Assembly: GCA_002633005.1 (NCBI GenBank)
Contig: NMRA01001032.1
Location: 1 to 64,000 of the forward strand
Reading direction: 5' to 3'
Length of the DNA: 64,000 nucleotides
DNA from: Phoronis australis
Lineage: Eukaryota > Animalia > Phoronida
The translations under genes and the position numbers were made by a program. The notes under the pieces were generated by a model. The model searched no databases and was not told the DNA's origin. It was given only the letters and a program-made list of their open reading frames with translations. Each line of letters starts with the position of its first letter. Within the stretch, counting starts at the first letter, position 1. This document shows positions 28,101 to 38,300 of this stretch, piece after piece.

Positions 28101-30243
28101 ATCAGTTTACGCATTCGTACTTATTATTACAGAATTCCTGGGTCTGAGCACTGCTTCACCCTAAACTGCCAGCCGGAGATGTGCTCCATTCTTGTACACG
28201 TGGATGACTCCAACCGGGAATGGATTTACAAAGAGCCCAACATAGACCTTCCATTGGTGGACTACTATTCGACAAAAAAGGTGGTCGACCTGAACCCAGG
28301 ATCTTCGGCATTCTTCCGCACGGGATCGATGATCTCCAATCCAGGTACTGACTGGTATGAGGAGCTGGCCGGATATCTCCTCGAGAGTGTGTATTGGAGC
28401 TCAGGTCGTCGCTTGTCCCGTGAGTATCCCCCGCTCAATACACTCCCCGGCTGGTGGACACAGCTGTCCAACGGCCTTCTCTACTACGAAACTAAGAACC
28501 AGATTTATTCAAGTGAACACGTGGCATCTTTTGACCTGGATAATACCATCAGCAAAACAAAAAGTGGCGAAGATTTTCCTGTCGACGAAAATGACTGGAT
28601 GTTCACGTCTGACAAAGTCAAACCCAAAATACAAGATAACAAGAACAAGGGCATCAACAACGTAATCTTGAGCAACCAGGTAAAACATTCAGACGTAAAC
28701 CAGCTACATCTACATTTTCAGGGTATTTTAAGGCAACGATGTGATATCCAAAAAAGATCTGGTGGGTTTGAATATTAACCACCTAATAACGTAAGTGAGC
28801 GGATCAATTCCTTTTAGTAATAATTCAAACAATATACATAGGCTGAATTCAAACGAGGTGGCTAAACTTTGTAAATAGTTCACTTACGTAAAGTTTTAAA
28901 GTGTGTGCAGGCTCACTTCGGTGGCGGTCTTGGTAAGGCCTACAGATCATCCATATAGAATGCAGCAGATGCATTTTGTGCCTTTTGCTGATTATTATAG
29001 ACTTCCATTCTGCAGTTAAGTGGGGTAGGGTAGAATGCAAACTAAATGATGGTTGCACTAACTCCGTCTCAGTGATTGTTCAAAAATATGTAGAGCCTCC
29101 CTTGGTAACTGTACATCATATCCACCCCATTACGTATTTGTTGCAGGCAGGCATCGGGAGCGGCTCTCAAAATAAAGACGAGTGGATGTCAAAGATTGAA
29201 GCCATCACCACTGAACTGGGTGTACCCATGTTTGTCCTAGGTGCCACAGGGTACAACAATCTTCGCAAGCCTGACCCTGGAATGTGGACATATTACAGGC
29301 ATGAGTATATTTATCTTGTGCACGTTGTTTTTGGCCCCATGGATTTCAGATTGACGGTGTTTCCTTCAAATTTTGCTTGCCTAGCATATAAAATATGTAA
29401 TAAAGATAGCTAAATGTAGTTTAGAAATTTCTCAGTATTTCAGTTAATAACAACTTTTTAACACTGCAAATCTCTACTTTTCACATTTTTTGCACACCGT
29501 CTCTGCTTAATATTATGTTTTATCTAATTTCCCTTCGAGGACCGCGTGAAAGACTATTTATTCGCTTACCTAAATGTCAGAATTAAATGTTAAGGTTACG
29601 GGAGACAAAAAATGAGGGGGGTCGAAATTCAAACCAGATGCTGGACTGCACGCTCTGTTCTCTAAAATATGGTTAGGAATTATATTTTATATCCTCTTTG
29701 GCATTATGGATTGTCAAAAATGGAACTTGTAGGGAAACATCGAAATCAAAATAAAAGGAAAACGAAAAGATCATTTAGAGAACTGTCACAGATTTTGAGA
29801 TTTCGTCGTGAACATTTACATTGAAAAAAATAAAATATTGTTGTTCTTAATAGCGTTGTTTTCATACAAAAGTGTCTTTACCTTTTTGTAAATATCCTTA
29901 AAATGAAATACGGTAGTCATTTGACCCAATTAATAGGAGAATGGTATAAAATGAACGATTGTTACTTTCACACAGTTGAATTCTGTTAGCTTTGTTGTTT
30001 TTTTGTGTAAAATCTTTACAATATTTTTGAATGTCCTACTTAACTTACATACAATGTCCTTACAGCTGCACACTGAATCAGTTCAAGACCATTGACAAGT
30101 CCACTGCGGTGTATGTTGGGGATGCGGCTGGTAGACCAGGAGATCATAGCGACTCGGACAAAGTGTTTGCCGAGAACGTTGGTATCGCTTTCCACACCCC
30201 TGAGGAGTACTTTGAAGGACAGAGGGGACACACTGAACTTTAA
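6678..30243 (+). CDS. Gene 1 (13 coding exons): ER-luminal multidomain protein, signal peptide + GMC oxidoreductase + SRPBCC-like domain(s) + PNKP-type HAD 3'-phosphatase + HTEL
   Basis: Hand-spliced exons 6678-6733, 8101-8219, 9727-9978, 14922-15073, 15313-15416, 16802-16974, 20935-21071, 23622-23946, 25043-25126, 26908-27859, 28133-28679, 29147-29298 (or 29304), 30066-30243. Introns are GT-AG with matching phases (the last donor is ambiguous), giving 3231 or 3237 nt with no internal stop. Exons 1-8 are mirrored in the paralog at 48927 onward. Confidence 0.85.
7080..7165. repeat. (CA)n followed by (TA)n microsatellite
   Basis: Directly visible. Confidence 0.95.
8101..8219 (+). CDS. Gene 1 exon 2, GMC FAD-binding Rossmann motif
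   Basis: cag| acceptor and G|gtaag donor. Translates CDFVIVGAGTSSLGLASRLSEIPSWKVCVFERG, matching the GMC N-terminal motif. Confidence 0.9.
9727..9978 (+). CDS. Gene 1 exon 3, GMC N-domain
   Basis: IPRFRGRGGTSRVYGAIARR corresponds to the PRGKxLGGSSxIN motif. Phase 1-1 splice sites. Confidence 0.9.
10417..10580 (-). repeat. Copia 3' LTR
   Basis: TG...CA ends, adjacent to the PPT, direct repeat of 14559-14722. Confidence 0.9.
14559..14722 (-). repeat. Copia 5' LTR
   Basis: Direct repeat of 10417-10580, adjacent to the PBS. Confidence 0.9.
14922..15073 (+). CDS. Gene 1 exon 4, GMC N-domain
   Basis: GWKHEDMTYYYKKVED...WHGKGGPM matches GWxYxxxLPYFKKSE...HGxxGPL. Canonical splice sites. Confidence 0.9.
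15313..15416 (+). CDS. Gene 1 exon 5
   Basis: EAFHLFPREMKYLCEDKTKPWNGYKPDYNGPVEDR (DYNG motif). Near-identical exon in the paralog. Confidence 0.85.
16802..16974 (+). CDS. Gene 1 exon 6
   Basis: ISCSVFQQY...ARGSSFTGYY...ISAPVT; RxSS motif of GMCs. Conserved in the paralog. Confidence 0.85.
19100..20170 (-). mobile_element. Decayed non-LTR retrotransposon (CR1/L2-group-like) RT fragment in gene 1 intron 6
   Basis: VQSGVPQGSAFG..LILYI, FFDDS, NSFFPFTVLLWNRLP, broken by frameshifts. Confidence 0.75.
20935..21071 (+). CDS. Gene 1 exon 7
   Basis: ILFNEERKAIGV...RKEVIVGAGSFDTPHLLQ matches the GMC signature EVILSAGAIxSPxLL. Confidence 0.9.
21116..22992 (-). mobile_element. 5'-truncated LINE (L2/CR1-group-like) with simple-repeat 3' tail in gene 1 intron 7
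   Basis: QAGFRTGYSTIDNIF, FVDFSKAFDSV, VRQGC, FADDLVL, C-terminal C..C...H....C. AATAAA followed by an (ATT)/(ATTGTT) tail on the minus strand at 21116-21165. Absent from the paralog intron. Confidence 0.85.
23083..23218. mobile_element. Small hairpin MITE
   Basis: About 40-bp imperfect inverted repeats (ttgattgacttcgccg..ggtcaaccagc / gctggttgacc..cggcgaagtcaatcaa). Confidence 0.55.
23622..23946 (+). CDS. Gene 1 exon 8
   Basis: VSGVGPKELLKDIGV...VGQHLWDH matches SGIGP...VGxNLQDH. Also carries a DIQ motif. Confidence 0.9.
25043..25126 (+). CDS. Gene 1 exon 9, short acidic exon
   Basis: Pyrimidine-rich acceptor ttgttcacag|, donor G|gtat, 84 nt, phase 1-1, open frame ALCTADPPEYEDDAQNKQYEDSSDTLE. 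No motif support. Confidence 0.55.
26908..27859 (+). CDS. Gene 1 exon 10, GMC C-domain plus start of the SRPBCC-like region
   Basis: PEYRGHV, ALHPVGTCKM (catalytic His), VRGVSNLRVCDAS, GNPAAT (Asn), MGEKLADM. The frame continues about 155 aa past the GMC end to the donor AG|gtatgt. Confidence 0.92.
28133..28679 (+). CDS. Gene 1 exon 11, SRPBCC-like C-half plus N-half of the PNKP-type phosphatase
   Basis: Phase-2 acceptor ttacag| matches exon 10. VASFDLDNTISKTKSGEDFP..NDW (HAD motif I) and VILSNQ (motif II). Donor CAG|gtaaa. Confidence 0.9.
29147..29304 (+). CDS. Gene 1 exon 12, phosphatase (HAD motif III)
   Basis: AGIGSG...KIEAITTELGVP...RKPDPGMW. The end is 29298 (GC donor) or 29304 (GT donor); both are phase 2. 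Confidence 0.85.
30066..30243 (+). CDS. Gene 1 terminal exon, phosphatase motif IV and HTEL
   Basis: YVGDAAGRPGDHSDSDKVFAENVGIAFHTPEEYFEGQRGHTEL-stop. Confidence 0.9.
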
Positions 30244-30839
30244 GAAGATACTGGTGACCACGAAGAAGGGTTCTCTGTGTGTGTTTAATAACTCTGACGA
30301 AGGATTTCCGGAAAATGTGTGCATAACCTTTCACAGACTCGTGGGATATTTTGGTGTCGAAAAGACACGCAGAGTTCTCCTTATTCATTGTATGCACAAT
30401 GATCATGATTAACATTTTTAGAAAACACTGGTTGGCTAGAATTGATTGAGTTTGGTATTATTTGTGTTAATTGTCACACGCGGGAAGGTATGTTGAATGA
30501 GTAAGGTGTCCGTCGAGTATTACTAATGCATACATATCTCAATTTTCTAAATGTGTATAGTAGTCTACAGTTGTCCGCGTGATATGGCGATGTCTCGCGC
30601 ATGACGATACTGGATGTATAGCGTGTCACAATACACTCTAACATGACAAAGTTCAGTTTGTTTATTAGAGGATTTAGTAAAACAAGTATTGAAACCTGAA
30701 CATCATTTCTTTTTGGCATTCAAGTTTCTCACGTTTCACTAAGTTCAAATTAGGTAGTGTTTTGCCCTGTTCCTCAGTTGATGTCTCTGCTGTCAAACCC
30801 TTAGTATGAATTTCTACAAGAGACGCTTCATATCTTCTT

Positions 30840-33800
30840 TAGTCCAGTTATTCTAGGGCTCCAGAGGGCCCAACCTAGAAAAATTGCAACAGAAGGTTTT
30901 TTGTATAAATGACGTCTTCAAACATCCCTTGGTGCCAGAAAAAAGTCTATCGCAATCGAAGTGGCGGAAGTCGGTTTTTCAAGATGGCGGAAAAATGGCC
31001 GCCAAATTCGGTGTTTACTGCTTTCTGGCATGTTGCTCATATGTAACAGTTGAGTTTATACTTTTCGTAACAGGCATACCAATCAGAAGATGCCAATTTT
31101 CCGTAAAATAAAACCAATATGGACGACAAAATGGCGGCCGAAACGCCAATTTGGTACATGTTGCAAAATTTCTTTTTTATATTTTGCCCTGAAAATAGCA
31201 AAATTTTTATTCTTTTGTAGGTTAGACAATTGAAAATATCTGGACCTTACAATTGGTCACTGGTTTTCTGAGAAAAAATCAAGATGGCTGACAAAATGGC
31301 CGCCAAAATGGCCGCCAATTCACAAAACCCCAATCTTCCTGATAGGCAATCGCACAAAAACATTTTACAATCTACAGTCAGGGTTAATGATTTGATTGTT
31401 TCTATCATTTGTATTTAATATTTAGATACTAAATGTGGAATTTTAATCACATTTTAGATTATATAACATAAAAGTTGGTGTGTTTTTCAGAAAAGGCTTT
31501 CGTTAAATTTTCATAATAAATTTCACGCACTCAATAATTTTTCTGTAAAATATATTCATTTGAGGTATCAAAAATAATTATTGTTACCAAACTAATTAAT
31601 TCTGGTGGAGTTACTGGCTTATTCATTACACGAACCATTAATAAAAATGGGCAGGAAGTGGCTTCTTTCTCTGCTATTGGAGATGCTGTTAGATGTTCCC
31701 AAGCAATGATTTCGTCTGCTGCTGGCATGTGTGGAGAATTTGGCTGCTGATTTCACCTGAATTTGATGAAAAGCAAATAGAATTGTGTAACAAAAAGTTA
31801 ATTTATAAATTTTAACAATTAATACTCACAATTTGTTTAATATGCATGCTTTTTATGAACTGATTTTAGAGGAGGTTAGTGCCAGCAAACCAAACTAAAG
31901 TGATCTGCAGTCAGTTGTTCTTAACCAAAGTTGGCACATTTCATACTAAGATGAGCTTTTTGGAATGTATTGGATACGTAATGTCAGGCACGGGGCTTCA
32001 AGAAGTTCTTGAGACGGTGTGATCCTAATGTTAAATGGAAAAAGTGTGGATAGAGCAGTGAGGGTGCACATGTTGGTAGAATCAGCACTGAATGCTATCA
32101 TAAAAGCCAGAACATTCAACATCCCACTTCCAAATATTGACAGATCAAGTAAGGCCAATCCAGAACCAATGAAGAAAGAAGTTCCGGTACTTTAGAAATT
32201 CCAGGAGTCCCGAATGTCACCAACACAGAACTTACAGATTCCATACCAAGAGGTGGAGCAATTCAATGATTTTACACAAATGTTGACTCGTCAGAACATG
32301 GAGACAGAATTTCAGGCATCCCAACTGATCAAATAACTAGATGTATACACTGGGGCATGCCATGCCCAGCCAGTGTTTTTCGATTCTGAAACTTCGATTA
32401 CAGTGGAATACCCTCACGAGAGTTCACTTCTGGCTCCCGAACTACTGCCACTGGTATATTCAAACACGACTGAATCAGAGTATAGGTCTTCAGAATTCGC
32501 AGTGACAGAGAATAGTTCGTCAGAAGAATCAATGGCCAATGATATACTTGATGATCATTTGAGAGCTGGTATGAAGCTTTATTATGATCTTATTGCAGGT
32601 CTGACGTGTGTGTGTGTGGCGATGTACGCTCGTCAGAGTGTCTCTTAGGTATCCATAAAAATCGAAGCACATAAATCAGACTTGTCCTTGCAAAGTCGAA
32701 TCATGAGTCTTTGGCTACAGTAAATGAAAATGACTGACATCCTTCGACTTTTTTAAAAGCAGAAATAACGTCAGTTTGGGAGCTTCACCTAAAAGCAGCT
32801 TATGAAATGCTGCCTTACTTTACAGCTGCTGGTCACAACTCTTATGCAAAATCTACATACATATTCTTGCAGCCGAACCAGCAACTCAAAGACACCCGTC
32901 CAGACGTCTATGACTAACACGCCGTAAGACAAAGTGACAGATTCTGGGCAGGTTTGTCATGAGATACGATCTTGCAATTGAACAAACGCTCATGAAAAGT
33001 ATTGAAACAACAGGATGTTTAACAAGAGGTTGCATAATGGGAGATGCACAACGTGGGTGCATTCCTTGCCGGCATGCTCAAGTATAAATGGCGCCATGCA
33101 GACTGTGACAAACTTGAGCTGTGAAACAAGTCAGCAGCATAAAGAATGTACCCAGGCAAGACAGTCGCGTGACAACAAAGACATCCGTAGTCTTGTTGAA
33201 TTCCTCCACACCAGAACCCATTTTGAAGAGAAACATTACATCATTGCCACTGTTGTGACTGCAGGCAAATGCGTCAATGCCTAAAATGCCAGAGAAGTGG
33301 GGAAGGCGATTCACTTGTCTATGGAGGAGTCAAGTGCAAAAGACTTCACATTCAGAAAGAAAGACAAGGTTGTGGGAATGACATGTCAATCAGTGGATCC
33401 ACGACTGCTATTTTAGCGAATCCTGACAGCTGCAACAGACAACAGTGAAAGTTCATCAAGCCTTTTGAAGTTTGAGCTGTGTTGGTTCCCCTGCTTTTTT
33501 GACACATTTGGTCTTCCCATAATCGCTGATAAATCAATATTAGCTGATACAGTCTGGTCCAGTGGGGGACTACATGAGGATTTCAATTTCCAGAAAACAT
33601 GGTGATGCACGTAATCGACGGCGGTTCTCTCCTTCACCGTATTGCATGGCTTAGAGGTGCAACGTTTCAGTCATTTGTTAGAGCTTGTGTGAATTACATC
33701 AGCAAGTGCACCAAGACTACTGTTGGACCATCAACTAAAGATGTCTCCAAGTTCGAAGACTGGGTGAGGTGGTTGGAACTGAAGTTCACTTCAATGGTGA

Positions 33801-35816
33801 CATGGTGATCAAGTCAAAAGAAGGAACATTTTTCGCAATGAGCAAAAACAAACAACGATTCATTCACTTCTGGTCAAGTTTGCTGGGAAATGCAGGTTGC
33901 ACAGTGGTACAACCTCAAGGTGACGCACATGTTTTAATCGTAGAAACAGTAGTAGAGAACGCAGCACAAGGTCTAACTAACCTTATTACAGACGATACAG
34001 GCTTGTTGGTTCTTTTGTGTTACCATGTTACTTCACAACGAATTCCAATGTTCATGAAATTTGACAAGAGGCGCAAAAGCATGATAGTCTGGGACAAGAA
34101 GAAACTATTGTTGTCTCTTGGTGCCGGAACTTGTGCAGTTTTGCCATTTGCACATGCAATTGGTGGTTGCAATACAACGTTACGGTTGTTCGGTATTAGA
34201 AAAGGTTCTCCCATTCAAGAAACTGCGTGATCAAAAATTCTGCAAAAAACGCTAGTAAGAGTATTCACAAGATCCGTACAGCTGAAGCAAGACAAGCTGG
34301 TAAGAGCTGTGTCTGCTTTATGGCGGTACTGACTCTGGAAATTTGAATGACTTGCGATACAGGCGATTTGTGGATGAGGTGTCAAACTAGCCCAGTCCAA
34401 ATACAGTCATTACCACCAACTTTAGTAGCTAAATTCCATGCTGCCGGGACATATTATCAAGAGCAAGAGTGGTCAAGTTTCCATGGCAGTGACCTAGACT
34501 CGCTGTATTGGGGATGGGTGCTCGCAGGTGGAAAAGTCATTCCCACGACGACAGATCAGTCAGCCGCACTGGAGAACCTGCTAAAAGTAGTAAGATGCTC
34601 ATGTAAGACCAACTGCAAATCCAAGAGATGTACTTGCAAGAAGTTAGGATTGCCGTGGTCGGTTGCATGTGGAGAATGCCGTGATATAAGCTGCAGCAAT
34701 TCATTCTCAGTTGACAGAGAGTAGTTGTGTAAATACTGTTTGATTGGGTGTTGATTCATTTGTTACAACTAACTGGATAGTAAATCACTAAATTAATCGC
34801 AGAGAGTTATTTTCGATACAGCACATTTTTTCAGGAAGAGAATGATCCTTCAGCCCAGGCGAAACTGATGTTTTTCACCAAAATAAGATATTATCCATTA
34901 AACAATCTTGAAAATGGTAGTCGTAATCATTAGAGCCAAACAAAAATTATTGTAGTGGACGTGATGGCCGAAAAACTCAGGATATGATATCTGTGAAGAT
35001 GGCGTGTCTCTGGAATCTGAAGTTCTTACATGAACCAACTATTTGGTGGCCATCTTAGAAAATGGTGGAAGTAATCATTAGAGCCAAACGCCACGAGTCT
35101 CAATGGATTAGTCGACTCAGAAACCTATGATGCAATGTTTGAAGCAAGACAGTACACTAATCTGTTTGTGCGAAGTTGTGCCACTTGAAATAGTTTTAGA
35201 GGCCATCTTGGGAAATGGCGGATGGTGTCACTACAGCCATGCAAAACTTTTTCCAATGGATTTGTTGATCCCCAAAAGATAGGTAAACCTTTTTGAATTT
35301 TTACTCTATCACATTCCACTCTCAAGTTATAATGATCATCGGCAAATATGGCGGTCATTTTGTCCGCCATCTTGGAAATGGTGGAAGTAAACATTAGAGC
35401 CAAATGCAATGAGTCTCAATGGATTAGTCGACCCAGAAAACCTATGATGCAACCTTTGAAGCAAAACGACACACTAATCTGTTTGTGCTAAGTTGTGAGA
35501 CTCGAAGTAGTATTGGCGGTCATCTTCGAAAATGGTGGACAGTGTCACCACAACCATCCAATGGATTTGTTGACCCATGAAAGATAGGTCAACCTTTTGA
35601 ATTTTTATTCTACATTGTATCACATACCACTCTCGACTTATAATGGTCACGTGCAAATCTGGCGGGCCATTTTGTCAGCCATCTTGAAAAACCAACTTCC
35701 GCCACTCCGATTCCGGTAGCCTTTTTTCTCACACTAAGGGGTGTGAGAGGATACCATTCATGCAATAAAACCTTCTGTTGCAATTTTTACTGGTCATCCG
35801 TAGAATGACTGGAATA
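30840..35816 (+). mobile_element. Decayed Academ-like (AcademX) DNA transposon
   Basis: Long imperfect TIRs starting TAGTCCAGT / ACTGGAATA, near-match 3-bp TSD (ctt/cct), aagatggc..aaaatggccgcc subterminal repeats. Fragmented ORF with XPG/PIN-like motifs (VIDGGSLLH, GDAHVLIV, DDTGLLVLL, HAIGGCNTT) and a Cys-rich C-terminus (CSCKTNCKSKRCTC..CGEC). Confidence 0.75.
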
Positions 35817-35923
35817 CCTATACATGTTCTGTTTATGGTGAGAAGTCATTGTGTACACTGTTTCTGCAGAACTGTTTGAAGTACTAGCCAGGATCCCAAA
35901 GAACATCTTCCCTTCTACACTCA

Positions 35924-38300
35924 ATATCACTGCTGAGTGTAGAAGGGAAGATATTCTTTGGGATCCTTGCTAGGAGGATGACATCCTATCTCTTAGACAA
36001 CAAGTACATAGACGAATCTGTCAAGACGGGAGAAATTCCTGGCTTCTCAGGCTGTGTTGAACATACGAGTGTCTTGAGCCAGCTGATTAGGGAGGCCAAG
36101 TTGAAGAGGAAAGACCTGACATGTGTGTGGCCGGACTTAGCCAATGCCTACGGTTCCATACCCCACCAGCTGATCAACATAGCATTAGAGTACTATCACG
36201 TTCCGGAGCATATCAGTCGCATGTTAACAGATTATTTTCGAGGAATCCAGTTGAGGTATACTGCCATCACTACAGACTGGATCAAGCTGGAAAGAAGTAT
36301 AATAACTGGATGTACCATCTCTCCTATTCTGTTCATAATGGGGATGAATTTTCTGATAAAGGCCGGAAAAAGGGAATGTAGGGGTCTGGTATCGTGGTGC
36401 CTGTAATTAGTGCATTTATGGACGACTTGACAATAACTACAGTGACGCATGTGCAAGCTCGGTGATTTTGGCAGCACTAGATGGCGTTCCAACGTGGGCT
36501 CGTATGGAGTTTAAACCCAGGAAGTCGACACTTCTGATAATGAGAGGTGGGAAAGTGGTAAACAGATTTACCTTGACCATTCAAGGCGAAGAAATTTCAT
36601 CAATTGTTAACAACCCCATTATGTGCCTAGGTAAATGATACGGTGATCTCCTGTGCGACAAGAACAACATCAAGCAGATGGAGACCCAGGTGACGGAGTG
36701 GTTGAAGAGAATAGAGAAAAGCGGTCTTCCTGGCAAGTAAAAGGCGTGGATTTACCACCACGGGCTGTTACCTCGAGCAACGTGGGGTCTTATGCTGTAT
36801 GACATCCTGACATCGGCAGTAGAGTGCCTGGAGAGAACAGTAAGCAAGTGGCCGAGGTAGTGGTTGGTAGTCCCAAGAAGCTTCACACAGGTTGGTCTTT
36901 ATAGCAGAACGGCAGAGCTCCAGCTGCCTCTAGCGTCACTCAAAGAGGAGTTTAAAGCAGGAAAGTGCAGGCTAGTTCTCACATAACGCGACTCTAGAAA
37001 TCCAAAGCTGAGGGATGCTGGTGTCATGACGAGACCTGGGAGACGGTGGTCAGCAGACACATCTGTGAGCCAGGCGGAGAGTTTGTTACAGATCAGAGAT
37101 ATAATTGGCAACACCTGCGTAGGATGTCAGGGGTCGGGGACATCCCAGTTCCAACAGTGGGAGAAGGCGAGTGAGAGGCAGCGGAGGGAGATGGTCTAAG
37201 CTGAGGTGAGAACAGCAGAGGATGAAGCCCGTAAAGCCAAGGCATTCTAACTGAGCCAGCAGGGAGCATGGACCAGGTGGAATCTTTCAGAGAGGAAGAT
37301 ATCGTGGGCAGACGTGTGGAGGATGGAGCCGATGCGTGTCCAGTTTTTACTTCGCTCGGTTTACGATGTGTTACCATTGCCTGCAATCCTTGACTGCTGG
37401 GGCCTAGTGAATGACCCAGCCTGCCAGTTGTGTGGAAGAAGAGGTACATTGGCCCAAGTCTTATCAGGGTGCAAGATGGCACTTCAGCAGTGCCGATACA
37501 GATGGCGTCACGACCAAGTAGTGAAGACCCTTGCAGACATCATAGATGGAGAGCGTAAGACAAGAGCAACTCAGCCTAGGGCAAGCAGCCAGCACATAAA
37601 ATTCGTCAGGCCAGATGAGATACGGAAGAAGTCACGTCAGTAGCCTTGCATCCTGGATGGAGCAAGTTGGGAAATGAGAGTAGATCTGGGGAGAAAGCTT
37701 GTGTTCCCTAGTTTTGTGGAAGCATTACTGCGGCATGACGTCCTTCTGTGGTAGGATATTCATCAATGTATAGTGATTATAGAGCTTACGTTGCCTTGGG
37801 AGGAAGGATGCGAAGAGGCCCATGGGAGGAATTGATCTTAGTGTAGCGAGCTGGCGGAGACATGCAGAGCTCGAGGCTGGCGAACTTGGTTGTTTCCTGT
37901 AGAGGTGGGATGTAGCGGATTCCCTGCAGGATCTGTATTGTGGTTGCTGGAGAAGCCTGGTGTGCGAGGGGGAAGGAAGAAAGCTGCAGTAAAGAAGACT
38001 GGTCGACACAGCTGAGAGGACATCTTGGTGGCTGTGGTAACGTCGGATTGATGGAAGTTGGAGGCCCCAGTGATGCACTGTGAGTTGGCCCCCACTGTGG
38101 ACCCAGCAGTGGAGACCGTTATCGTTTAGGGTCGAAACGAGTCAAGGAAGATGGATGCCATCTGACGACATCAAGCTACGCCTCCAATCAGTTAGTGTAC
38201 GGCGGGTAGAAGAGGATCATGGTTTAGCTGTTACGAAGAAGGGGCGACAAGACGTCAGACTGCATAGAAGCCTGACAACTACTAAGGCAGATAAAATCAC
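35924..38300 (+). mobile_element. 5'-truncated, decayed Hero/R2-group (RLE) non-LTR retrotransposon
   Basis: ISLLSVEGKIF, GFSGCVEH, DLANAYGSIPH, GCTISPILF, FMDD, CQLCG..L..VLSGC..RYRWRHDQV, IELTLPWEE restriction-like endonuclease. Many stops. The 3' end is approximate. Confidence 0.85.

Noticed and set aside
28017-30243. Stand-alone PNKP gene
   Set aside because: The ORF-track start at 28017 is a TTG in AT-rich intron-like sequence. There is a phase-matched acceptor at 28133, no FHA or kinase domain, and the HTEL end needs the upstream signal peptide.
38128-38172. Possible permuted hammerhead (GAAAC...CTGACGA) in the Hero 3' region
   Set aside because: Stem II cannot close with the required G-C pair, so it is not a convincing ribozyme.
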